DNA of 63,357 nucleotides, the filler included, from Octopus bimaculoides (taxonomy: Eukaryota): the NCBI RefSeq assembly GCF_001194135.2. It is 6 parts of 6 records of this genome, joined end to end, with 100 filler letters (N's around TTAATTAATTAA, not from the genome) between each part and the next. Parts side by side here need not be neighbours in the genome. Positions count along the whole stretch, not along the records: positions 50,077 to 54,236 come from NC_068982.1; positions 54,337 to 60,928 come from NC_068983.1; positions 61,029 to 63,357 come from NC_068981.1; 3 more parts are not named here. The stretch is one strand, 5' to 3'. How positions within the stretch are numbered: position 1 is the first letter of the stretch; the number at the start of each line of letters is the position of its first letter. The position numbers and the translations under genes were made by a program. Under the pieces are notes generated by a model that was not told where the DNA came from, made no database searches, and saw only the letters and a list, made by a program, of their open reading frames with translations. Shown here piece by piece: positions 53,701-63,357 of this stretch.

Positions 53701-54236
53701 TTATAAATGATTTATTTAGCGTTGTAAGAATTTTGTAAGGACCCCTACGTCAGTTTAAGAAAACCTTCGTCTGTTATATACATAATTTTTCTTCTCCCTT
53801 GTTTTTACTTTTTACTTCATTCTATTCTATTTATTTTTTTAAAAAAACGCTTTGTATTCCTTTATGCATGTATTTTCGCCTGGTTTTAACTTTTATACAC
53901 CCAGCGGTTTATTAAGACGTTGGCTGCATATATACACTGAGATCTAATGGTTTTTTTATGTAGATGTCTGTATAGTAACAACATTTACGTATTCATATGC
54001 GTGTACCTGCGCTTACATATAGGGCCTGGGTTTGCACTTGTGCATATGCTGCTATGATTTCGTGCGTATATTTTTTTGTGTATACATGGTAAGAGTATAT
54101 GCTTATATTTATTTATACATACATGCATCTATATTATTATGTGTGCGTATGTGCGATTAGGTTCACACTCACATATACTTGAATGTGTGCATACGCATGT
54201 ATACGGTTATGATCGTAAGTATTTGCGTACATATCA
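50726..54236 (-). mobile_element. Penelope-like element 2, 5'-truncated RT plus GIY-YIG, with an inverted copy of the EN and 3' region (53214-54236)
   Basis: Motifs include FVTLKHHK..F...PKCRLINPAKTEIG, FYPSIS, FDVPMGAYDGAELC, GLYSDDGL and PYRKPND...HPP. GIY-YIG is IVYRAKV...YTGATENSFKTRLYSHK. 50726-51795 is the reverse complement of 53214-54236. Confidence 0.93.
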
Positions 54237-54417
54237 NNNNNNNNNNNNNNNNNNNNNNNNNNNNNNNNNNNNNNNNNNNNTTAATTAATTAANNNNNNNN
54301 NNNNNNNNNNNNNNNNNNNNNNNNNNNNNNNNNNNNCAAAATTTAATACAAGAAATGAAGAAAACCTTATGTTATGTGGATGTTTACTTTTTGTTGAAGT
54401 CAACGCCTTTTTCTTGT

Positions 54418-54465
<48 letters not shown>

Positions 54466-54647
54466 ATATGTATCCTGCTTTCCAGCTAGTTAAATTGATA
54501 GATAAATACAGGGTTAAAATAACTTCCACTCTATCTATCTATCTATCTATCTATCAATCTATCTATCTATCTATCTATCTATCTAATTTATCGGTCTATA
54601 GAGGATTAGTGGCGGGGNNNNNNNNNNNNNNNNNNNNNNNNNNNNNN

Positions 54648-55330
54648 GGAGGTGTGACGACGTTCTTGGGGGGGGGACTCTGAACCTCCACAGGGAATAC
54701 TTGACCTGCATCTTCAGACCAACTTTCGGACCAGGACCTATGGACACTTTCTAAAGATCCCTGGCCTCACAGTGCTATCGGGAAGCATTGTCCGTTCGGG
54801 ATAAGCTCTACAAACACGGTTCAAGAAACACCGGACCGACCTGCCTGAGATACTGTCAGAGCGACGAAACCGTTTTGCACGTACTCGTGTAATGTCCAAA
54901 CATTTTAGACTTGTGGGGCTATATCGAACGGCTGCTGCCACGTGTGCTACGAATTCGGTTGTCAGCCGAGTCTGTCATGAATATTGCCTCGCTACCTTCC
55001 TTTAAGCGAGAAGGCAAGGCAATTTTCATTGTACTGGTGGCTATGGTGAGAACGGTGGCTTTTCAAGGGGTGAGAATAAAGAGGGACGTTTTGTCTAATG
55101 TAAAGTTTAACAAAAGGTGGGTAAATGTGGCGAGGATGGTACGCATGAATGACGGAACCACCTTGAGCATGATCCTATAAAACAAAGAGAGAAAGAACGC
55201 TTTGACCTTATGCTATTTTCGTTTTTCGTCTCCGAGGTTACTGCGGTTATTTTTCGTAGGTTTTTCTTTCCACGGATAAACCTTGTCAATGTTATATTTA
55301 CTCCCCCTTTTGGAAACTCTGTTAAAAATG
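54648..55330 (+). mobile_element. Tx1/L1-clade LINE 3' fragment (C-terminal Cys-rich region)
   Basis: RDKLYKHG...TCLRYCQSDETVLHVLV*CPNILDLWGYIERLL, the C..C...ET..H...C...W zf-RVT pattern. Confidence 0.7.
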
Positions 55331-56029
55331 ACACTTTTGTTATTTCCTTGTGTACAAAACGCTTTCGATCCCTTTTGATCGTTTTCGAAAAGAAAAATAC
55401 TACATTGTATTGTCCCCTCTGTGTACGGTCCTGCGTGGCTAATAAATCTATTTATCTATATATCTATCTATCTATCTATCTATCTATCTAACATATTTCT
55501 CTATTTCTTTCCCTCATTCTGACTCTCTCTTTCACTCTCACTCTCTCATTCAAACACACAGACAAACATATACACATACAGAAGCAAAAATACATAAGCG
55601 TATACATTCGTTGTCACGCACGCATTCATACACTGTTTTAATTTCTGTTAATCAGTAACTACACAAAAGCTTTCTTCAAGTGGTCCCATTCTATCATCAT
55701 CACCGTCATTGTTGTTGTTGCTTTTGTTGTTGTTGTTGTTGTTGAGGATGAAGTCATCATGGTTATTAAGAGTTGATAATGTGAGATGTAACATGGTGTT
55801 TAAATAAAGTGTTAATGTGTTCATGGAAGGTGAGTTAAATTTGTTATAAATAAATAAATATAAATCATCTTCACTTCCGTTTACGAACCAACGAATGAAG
55901 CTATATATGTCAGCCTGCTACAGTTAATAGCCAAATCTACTTCAAATGACACCTCATCGTCATATAAATTGATATAAACACTATAATATAGGTTGAGGTA
56001 TATTTCATTAGAACTGAAAAATGTGATTG

Positions 56030-56281
56030 CCACGAGTTGCTGGGGCCATATAGCTCTCGGGGTCTAATATGAGATTTTGCTGTTAAAATTTACGAGCAAT
56101 GAACTCGTTACATTTCTATAATACACACAGTATTTAAACATTTTTGTATACAATTCTTAATGATATTCAATCATAAAAATATAATGGGAGTTTTTAGACA
56201 TTGAATGAATATGAGGGTTCTCAGCCCTGAGTAAAATAGAAATTAAAGGGGTCTATAGGCAAAAAAGACTTGAGAATCACT
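56030..56281. mobile_element. hAT-type MITE remnant with one clear TIR
   Basis: Right end ttgagaatcactg; the left end is decayed. Confidence 0.45.
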
Positions 56282-56402
56282 GGGCTGGATTAAGGCTGGC
56301 TTGGAACGAAACAACAACAATTACAACAACAACAGCACCAACAAAAGTGTCCCTACACAGCCGCTGATCTAATACACTGAGCAGCCAAATCTCACGTCAT
56401 TC

Positions 56403-56825
56403 ATAATCCTAGGTATACTGTATGAAAAAATTGTGGCCACAGTTGGAGTCTCTTTGTTCTACGTCTGATCAAAACTGGGATGGAGATAAATAAGAACAAT
56501 TTGTAACTATTCGTTTGATAGAATTGTCTTGAAGGACTCATTGGATAATATAATCCTAGGTATATTGTGTGAGAAAATGTACATGATGGCCACGGTTGGA
56601 GTCTATTTGTTCTACGTCTGATCAAAACTGGGATGGAGATAAATAAGAACAATTTGTAACTAGTCGTTTGATAGAATTGTCTTGAAGGACTCATTGGATA
56701 ATATAATCCTAGGTATATTGTGTGAGAAAATGTACATGATGGCCACGGTTGGAGTCTCTTTGTTCTATGTCTGGTCAAAACTGGGATGGAGATAAATAAG
56801 AACAATTTGTAACTAGTCGTTTGAT
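56403..56825. repeat. 153-bp tandem repeat, about 2.8 units
   Basis: ggccac(a/g)gttggagtct at 56435, 56588 and 56741; units nearly identical. Confidence 0.95.
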
Positions 56826-58029
56826 AAACGCGGTAGCCAAAGCTGAATCTATGACAATGAGGGAAGAAGACTTCTGGGAGAAACCAAGCCACTTATTTAT
56901 GGTTTACCGGTGTCTATGATTTACACTACAGAATATTTGCCATTTGTCTGGGTCAAATTAAGTAAGATAAGTGTGAACAAATACATCTACCTTCACAGCT
57001 TTATCACTAGTTTACTGATAATTTGTCAACCACTCAGATCCTCGCAGATAGAGGTACTTCTACTACAGACAGTAACTGAATGCCTGTCTGTTGGGAGCCC
57101 AATGAATGAAAAGTCATCAGCAACAAAATTTAAAAAGAAATAAATAAAATAAAAAAAATAGCTGGTAGGAGAATTCTGAAAGTATTTGTTCCCGTGGAAA
57201 ATTTTTTAACAGGTCTCTGAATTATTGCACACAGCGATAATCTTTTTATAATACCAAGCACTGCTATTTTTAAGTATAATATTATAGTCGACCACACAGT
57301 GCGTCTATGCCAAAATAAAACTACTAGGCGAGGCTTGAAAGACATTAGGTAATATTTCATGAAGCGGGATTAGATGCTGTAATATATATCTAGTATATCT
57401 CGGAAGGACTGGAATGTAACACTGTCATTGACATATTTTTCTATCTTCAAAATTGGTGGTACCGCTCTACCTCGAAATTCTCACCCTTACTGCACTTAGG
57501 GACGAGTAGATAATGGAATTTGGGTGGAGGGGGCTGAAAGGTTTACAAAATTCTTTGATATCTCCCGGAAGACATTAGAGTTCTCTGTGGCGTAGGTGCC
57601 CAAAATATTCAAACGTTACTTGGACATTTTATTGTTAAGAACCTTCGACAAGAGATATTATGATGGTAGTGGTATAAAATATCATCATTCAAAGAGTATC
57701 AATCGTTGAAGCGATCAATCAACTGTCACGATTCTGAGAGATTTACTTTAAACTGAGTTAAGTCAGCCAAGAGTTTTATGTAAAAACATTCATTTATGAT
57801 AGACAGTTCTACGTTAAGACACTTCAGAATTACTTTTTGAAATACACTACACTTTATGTCTTTATGTAATACAGTTTATTATGTTCATGCATTGCACAAG
57901 CATCCAGAATTGACTACGAATTATTGGATTGATAGAATTGTTAGAGCCTCGGAGGAAATCCCATTCCTGATGCTTTGTGTTCTGGGTCTAAGCCGCGTCG
58001 ATGGCAACACAATCTTTCATCTCCCACCT

Positions 58030-58345
58030 CTGGAAGTGATAATATAAAGTACAAGTCAAGTACTACAGTCGATGATATTGATTGACTCTTCCTCGAAACT
58101 TGCTGAATTTTTGTCTGAATTAGAAACGCACCTACCGAGGTCAACTTTCTCCTGTGTCAAAAATTCAGGCCTTGTGTCTCAGCTACAAACTATTATTATC
58201 AATATTATTAAATCCCCGCCGAGGTCGACTTTGCCTTTCATCTTTTCGGGGTCGATAACATAAGTACCAGTCAAGCATCGTGGTCGACGTAATCGGCTAA
58301 ACCCCTCCCACCAAATCTCAGGCTTTGTGCCTTCAGCAGAAATTA
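58030..58345 (+). mobile_element. Three 5'-truncated Deu/Nin SINE pieces in tandem
   Basis: Repeated ccgaggtc(a/g)acttt and aagtac...gtcga motifs. Confidence 0.65.
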
Positions 58346-58366
58346 TTATTATTATTATTATTATTA

Positions 58367-58400
<34 letters not shown>

Positions 58401-58401
<1 letters not shown>

Positions 58402-58899
58402 GAGTGAGAGAGTAGTCCATGCCATCAAAGTGACACGGGTAAAATATACGAAGCCCAGTATGCCCGTGGCGATATGGTGATCTCATATCAAGACAAACAG
58501 CGCTTGACCTTGCATGTGCGACCCAGTTAGAATTTTCTTCAGGTCGAGTAGCCCATCCCACTCAAATGGTCCTTAAATAAAGGTTGTTTAAGGATGTTGA
58601 ATGCAACACCCATGTTTCTAATGGTGAATTATTCAAACTCCAAAGAATTCATCTCAACACATGGCTCTGATGCTCCCCCACTACTTCTGCTCATGATCAG
58701 AGATGCACATATCGTCAGCCACCAAAGGACATACTCAACTGGTGAAGGTCAAACAACTGACAAGTCAATCTGTGGTATTAAGCAGAATACTTACCGTAGC
58801 CCATCTTTTATACCAAGACAAAACAATGTACATGATAACACCTCCAATCAATTAAGATCAGAAGCCACGAGAGCCACTGCCTGATACTGCATCAAGGCG
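58401..58899. mobile_element. About 500-bp unclassified interspersed repeat bounded by (ATT)n on both sides
   Basis: Non-coding, more GC-rich than its flanks, with sharp edges at ATT microsatellites. Confidence 0.5.
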
Positions 58900-58957
58900 T
58901 TTATTATTATTATCATTATTACTATTATTATTATTGTTGTTGTTGTTGTTGTTGTTG

Positions 58958-58995
<38 letters not shown>

Positions 58996-59475
58996 TTCCT
59001 TCGTAGCACCGGAGTCTTTACTCATCTGTTAAGTCACAACAAGGACCTCAGACTGCTTTTTGCAAGACATCAATCTTGGATGGGATTTCCAGTTGCCTTA
59101 AGCAGTTTTGAAGTGTCAATGAGATTGAGCCCAACACCCCGATCACCACTGGTATCACTTTTACATTACTCTCTCACATTTTATACAGTCTTACTTTACT
59201 TGGTACATGCTCATACCAGTTCTCTGGCATAAGAGCCAATGAAGAGACACGCACACTTTATCGTGTCGGCGTTTGTATTTTTTGTGTGCAAGGCTCTCAC
59301 CTACACTTACCAAGTGGGTCATATTTTCCACACTCTTTCCACAGAGTCTGCATTTCTGGGTGTCAGAAACTTTATAGATGTTATACTTCACTGAATTGGT
59401 AGCGAAAGCCTGGTCTTGTGCAGCAATGATCAGGCTTTCGGTGGTAAGCTTTAAATCATTGTTATTAATAAGGTG
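58996..59475 (-). mobile_element. R4/Dong-clade (RLE) LINE 3' fragment with a (TAA)n tail
   Basis: TESLIIAAQDQA...KCRLCGKSVENMTHLVS...LA.K.YKRRHDKV...LHWLLC, then VKVIPVVIGVLG...LQKAV*. The PD..D endonuclease segment is deleted. (TAA/AAC)n follows. Confidence 0.85.
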
Positions 59476-59483
59476 AAGGTAGT

Positions 59484-60366
59484 GAGGTGGCAGAATCGTT
59501 AGCTCGTTGGGCGAAATGTTGAGCGGCATCTCGTCCGTCTTTACGTTCTGAGTTCAAATTCCGCCGAGGTCGACTTTGTCTTTCATCCTTTTGGGGTCGA
59601 TAAATTAATTACCAGTGAAACTGTAATCGACTAGTTTCCATCCCCCAAATTCCAGGCCTTGGGCCTTTAATAGAAAGGATTATTATTAAGGTGGCGATTG
59701 AGAGAATCGTTGGCATGCCGGACAAAATACTCAGCGGTATTTCGGTCGCCTTTATGTCCTGAGTTCAAATTCCGCGGAAGTCGACTTTGCCTTTCATTGT
59801 TTCGGGGTCAATAAAATAAGTACCAGTTGAACACTTGGGTCAATGTAATCGACTCATCCCTACCTCTGAAATTACTAACCTTGCTGCAAAATGTGATACC
59901 ATTATTATTCTTATTATTATCAATATCATCAATACCCTCATCCGAGGGTTGCGAGCTGACAGAATCATATGCACGCCGGGTAGAATGCTTAGTAGCATTT
60001 ACACCCTTACGTTCTGAGTTCAAATCCCGCTGAAGCCGACTTTCCCTTTCATTCTTTTGGAGCCGTTAAAATAAGTACCAGTTGTGTACTGAGGTCGATC
60101 TGCCAAAATTTAGAGACATTATTATTCTTATTATTATTATCAATAAGGCGGCGAGTTGGCAGAGTCGTTAGCACGCCGGGCCAAATGCTTAGCGGTATTT
60201 CGCCCATCGCTACGTTCTGAGTTCAAATTCCGCCGAGGTCGACACTTTGCCTTACATCCTTGCGGAGTCGATGAATTAAATAGTAGTCAAACACTGGGCT
60301 CAATGATCGACTTACCCCCTTCCCCAAAGTTTCAGGCCTTGTGCCTACAACAGAAAGGATTATTAT
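59484..60366 (+). mobile_element. Four head-to-tail Deu/Nin SINEs separated by (ATT)n tails
   Basis: Heads at about 59484, 59688, 59950 and 60146, each with gttctgagttcaaat or a close variant and the core. Confidence 0.88.
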
Positions 60367-60886
60367 CAATATGATCAATACCCTCATCCTTATATTCGTT
60401 CCCGCTGTCATAAACCATCACCAACACATCAACCGCTGCCACCATCATCAGTAAATTAAATAGATAAATTATCGAATTCAGCAGACATCATTTTTTATTC
60501 GCCCAGACACTAATGTATGTTTTTTTACTCTATGTAACGTAGTTTTCCATCGAGGTTGTTAAAAAATGTTCCAAGTTCATATATTCACATGTTTTTATAT
60601 TTTACTGACATCTTATTTTTTCTTTCTTTCCTTTTTTTATATTGTTTATTTATTATTGATATATATATATATATATAAACAATATGTAGGATTTTTTAAT
60701 GAAGGTGTCAGGTTCAAATATATCTTGTTTTACAATGCGTCCGCTATTATCTCATATATTAAGGAGTTAATTGAATGGCAAGCGATAATAATAATAGCAA
60801 TGATGATGATGATGATGATAATAATAATAAAAATAATAATGTTAATGATGATGATAATGATAAGAAGGAGAATATATATATATATG

Positions 60887-60917
<31 letters not shown>

Positions 60918-61028
60918 TTGTATAATATNNNNNNNNNNNNNNNNNNNNNNNNNNNNNNNNNNNNNNNNNNNNTTAATTAATTAANNNNNNNNNNNNNNNN
61001 NNNNNNNNNNNNNNNNNNNNNNNNNNNN

Positions 61029-61750
61029 GAATAAAAAGTTTTGAATGGTACAACAATGCACTATAATACAAAAAATGGACTATATACCTGTTGTAATTTG
61101 GTTATCTATAGTCCGATGATATTTCAGAATTACAATTCCTTCTTCAGATATTCTTAGATGGAGTCTCTGCTATAAACTGTTTTCCAACGGTTTTCTTTTT
61201 TCGGAAGCGTCTCAGTAGTGGTCTCACGAAGCTTCTTACGGAATTCCTCATGAGAAGTGTGTGAGGTTGGCTATGTTTCAATCTTGTGTTGTGTTGGTAC
61301 ATCTGTGGCGCTGCTTCTAAGTTATGTGTTATACGTGCAGCTTCTCTTTTTTTTTTTTGTTATAAACAATACATGAGCATGTTATAAAGAATGAACCTAC
61401 ACACATCTACATGTAGCTAAATAATATATTGATTAGCAACATCCAGCCTGTTGTTAATTTGGGGCCCTAGTCTGTGTATGAGTAAAGCTTCCTTAATTCT
61501 TAAATGACCCAAATTTCTTTCATTGGCCTCAATTGTGACTTATGCTTTTATCAGTGTTCCGGCATCTGTCTAGATGTTTTCTGAAGGAGGAGGCTCTCGT
61601 GTTCAGATTTTCTTTGATGCGGACGTATAACGGTCTTGTTGTGCTACCCATATAGAACTTGTTGCATTTGTTACATTGTATTTTATACACAACATAAATG
61701 CATTTGGTATGTTCCGAGGTATGTTTTAGTCATAAATGCTTCCATCAATG
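61029..61750 (-). mobile_element. Penelope-like element 3, 3' fragment (GIY-YIG plus hammerhead-bearing 3' repeat)
   Basis: YVVYKIQCNKCNKFYMGSTTRPLYVRIKE...LRIKEALLIHRLGPQINN, stop at about 61417. 61029-61202 is inverted at 63073-63247. Confidence 0.88.
61114..61151 (-). ncRNA. Inverted twin of the 63126 hammerhead, stem I partly broken
   Basis: Reverse complement reads atat-CTGAAGA-a-ggaa ttgtaa ttct-GAAA-t-ATC-atcg. Confidence 0.65.
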
Positions 61751-61759
61751 TTCGGTTTT

Positions 61760-63030
61760 CGCAAAAACTCAATCAGTAATTATGAATTTTTTCAAAAAAT
61801 CATCCAATTTTGATCAAACTTGACATACCTATGCATTCTTACCTAAGGTTTTACGTTTTGTTGTTATTATTTTCAAATTCAGTTTCATATGAGTACAGCA
61901 CGGGGAAAACTGACTCCGAAAATACCTTTAAAGCAGGCCATAGCGCAGGAAACATTAAGCCGATTTAAACCAAACTCGGTAAAAGAATGCATTCTCAACC
62001 AACGATTCCTTATGACATGGTTCATATCATTAAATTGCACTCTGAGCACAATTCGGCAAACACACATTTGAACAAAGTGCCCTTGTTGAAGTAGCTCCCG
62101 ATTTGTTTTTCTCAGAACACTGACCGCATTTCTTCTCCGATGCATAAACAATTAATCACCATGGTGTGCACACACATTGTGACCCCACGTGACCTCACAA
62201 TAGCCACTACCAATAACAGTAAACATCCAGCACTGAGGCTTTCCATTGTCATAAATGAAAGCGATTTCTATGTGTAGCATGAGATAGTTAAAGCAATAAC
62301 AGCCTGTGCACTGCACAAGCTACTGGTAGGTACTTACTACTTCTTTCAACCATTTCACTAGCAGTAGTAACCGGCGTTGCATGGGTCTTAATAAAATTCC
62401 CGCTACAGCCCAGCTTCGCCATGTCTGTCTACAAGTCCCACACCAGACTCTCTCTGTGGCCGGATTTCTCTAGAGACAGACTGTTGGCATTAACATGTCG
62501 GAGGAAGGCAAGAAACAGTCTACAATGAAGTGCTACGTATTTGCCAAGGCTGAAGTGGGAACGTGATCGCCATGCATGCATATAACAGTGTATGCTTAAA
62601 TACTTTTTACTATTTTTTCCCATATCAGATGGAAGCATCAGAAAAGGGCGCCTGCCTCTTGACATTCTGTGGGTTTATGGAAGGCGTTTGTGTGGTGCTC
62701 CTACAATGGCAAAGAGGTGGCAATTCGTTGCGGTTGCACGATAATAATGCGAAGAAATAATGTTGTCAAACAGCCGCTACAGACAGACCAGCAAAAGGGC
62801 AGGTTCGGTATCACAAATTTGAGGACATTTCTGCTGCCTTCTATACAGTCGATAACCTCAAGTATGTTTATTCATAACATTAAAGTGACCAATTCAACGG
62901 AAAGGATACCAATTTACAAAATGCATGGCGGTTACGTGTTGCATGAACCTCTTGAGGGTGACATTCTAAATGATGAGCATTAACCTCCTTCGACTGGGAG
63001 TAAACTATCGCTCAAACAGTTCCCTATTAG
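61760..63030 (-). mobile_element. Unclassified insert, weakly piggyBac-like
   Basis: Minus-strand pieces KYVALH..LFLAFLRHVNA and KKCGQCSEK...LCSNVCL lie in piggyBac order. No convincing TIR pair. Confidence 0.25.
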
Positions 63031-63125
63031 GAAACACTGAAATTGCTCAACTCGTTCTCTTCCTATACATTTAAAAAAAAGAAACGCCGTTAATAAACAG
63101 TTTATAGCAGAGACTCCATCTAAGA

Positions 63126-63162
63126 CGATCTGAAGAAGGAATTGTATTCCGAAATATCATTG
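63126..63162 (+). ncRNA. Minimal type I hammerhead ribozyme (PLE-associated)
   Basis: CGAT-CTGAAGA-A-GGAA ttgta TTCC-GAAA-T-ATC-ATTG. Core CUGANGA and GAAA are intact, with a 4-bp stem II, palindromic ATAT stem III, AUC cleavage triplet and a 4-bp stem I with one G-U pair. Confidence 0.8.
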
Positions 63163-63357
63163 GACTATAGATAACCAAATTACAACAGGTATATAGTCCA
63201 TTTTTTGTATTATAGTGCATTGTTGTACCATTCAAAACTTTTTATTCTTTACATATATAGGTATATATACATATATACATATATATATATATACACACAC
63301 ACACATATATATAGATATATACACATATATAGATATATACACATATATAGATATATA

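Noticed and set aside
53678-53706. CTGACTA..GG...CC-GAAT just after the PLE2 stop codon
   Set aside because: The position fits a hammerhead, but both core motifs are mutated and stem I does not pair.
56403-56825. CRISPR-like array
   Set aside because: Units are whole-length repeats with no unique spacers, and the DNA is eukaryotic.

Overview
AT-rich, microsatellite-saturated eukaryotic genomic DNA. The SINE families and repeat content suggest an octopus or other coleoid cephalopod; this is an inference. The window consists of six assembly pieces joined by five identical 100-bp linkers (N44-TTAATTAATTAA-N44), plus many ordinary N gaps. The only host gene I can support is the 3' half of PDCD2 on the minus strand: three GT-AG exons at 49537-49832, 49066-49182 and 46812-46973. 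The rest is mostly transposon debris: three Penelope-like retroelements (PLEs) from apparently different clades, RTE, Tx1/L1, R4/Dong and CR1-like LINE fragments, Tc1, mariner, pogo and hAT elements or MITEs, and roughly 30 tRNA-derived SINE copies. The most notable pattern is that all three PLEs are bracketed by an inverted copy of their own 3' end. One carries a core-intact minimal type I hammerhead ribozyme (63126-63162, +) with a decayed inverted twin, and another carries a decayed hammerhead. Most ORFs in the supplied track are microsatellite or N-run artefacts. I found no CRISPR, rRNA or real tRNA genes, and no clearly novel protein-coding system.
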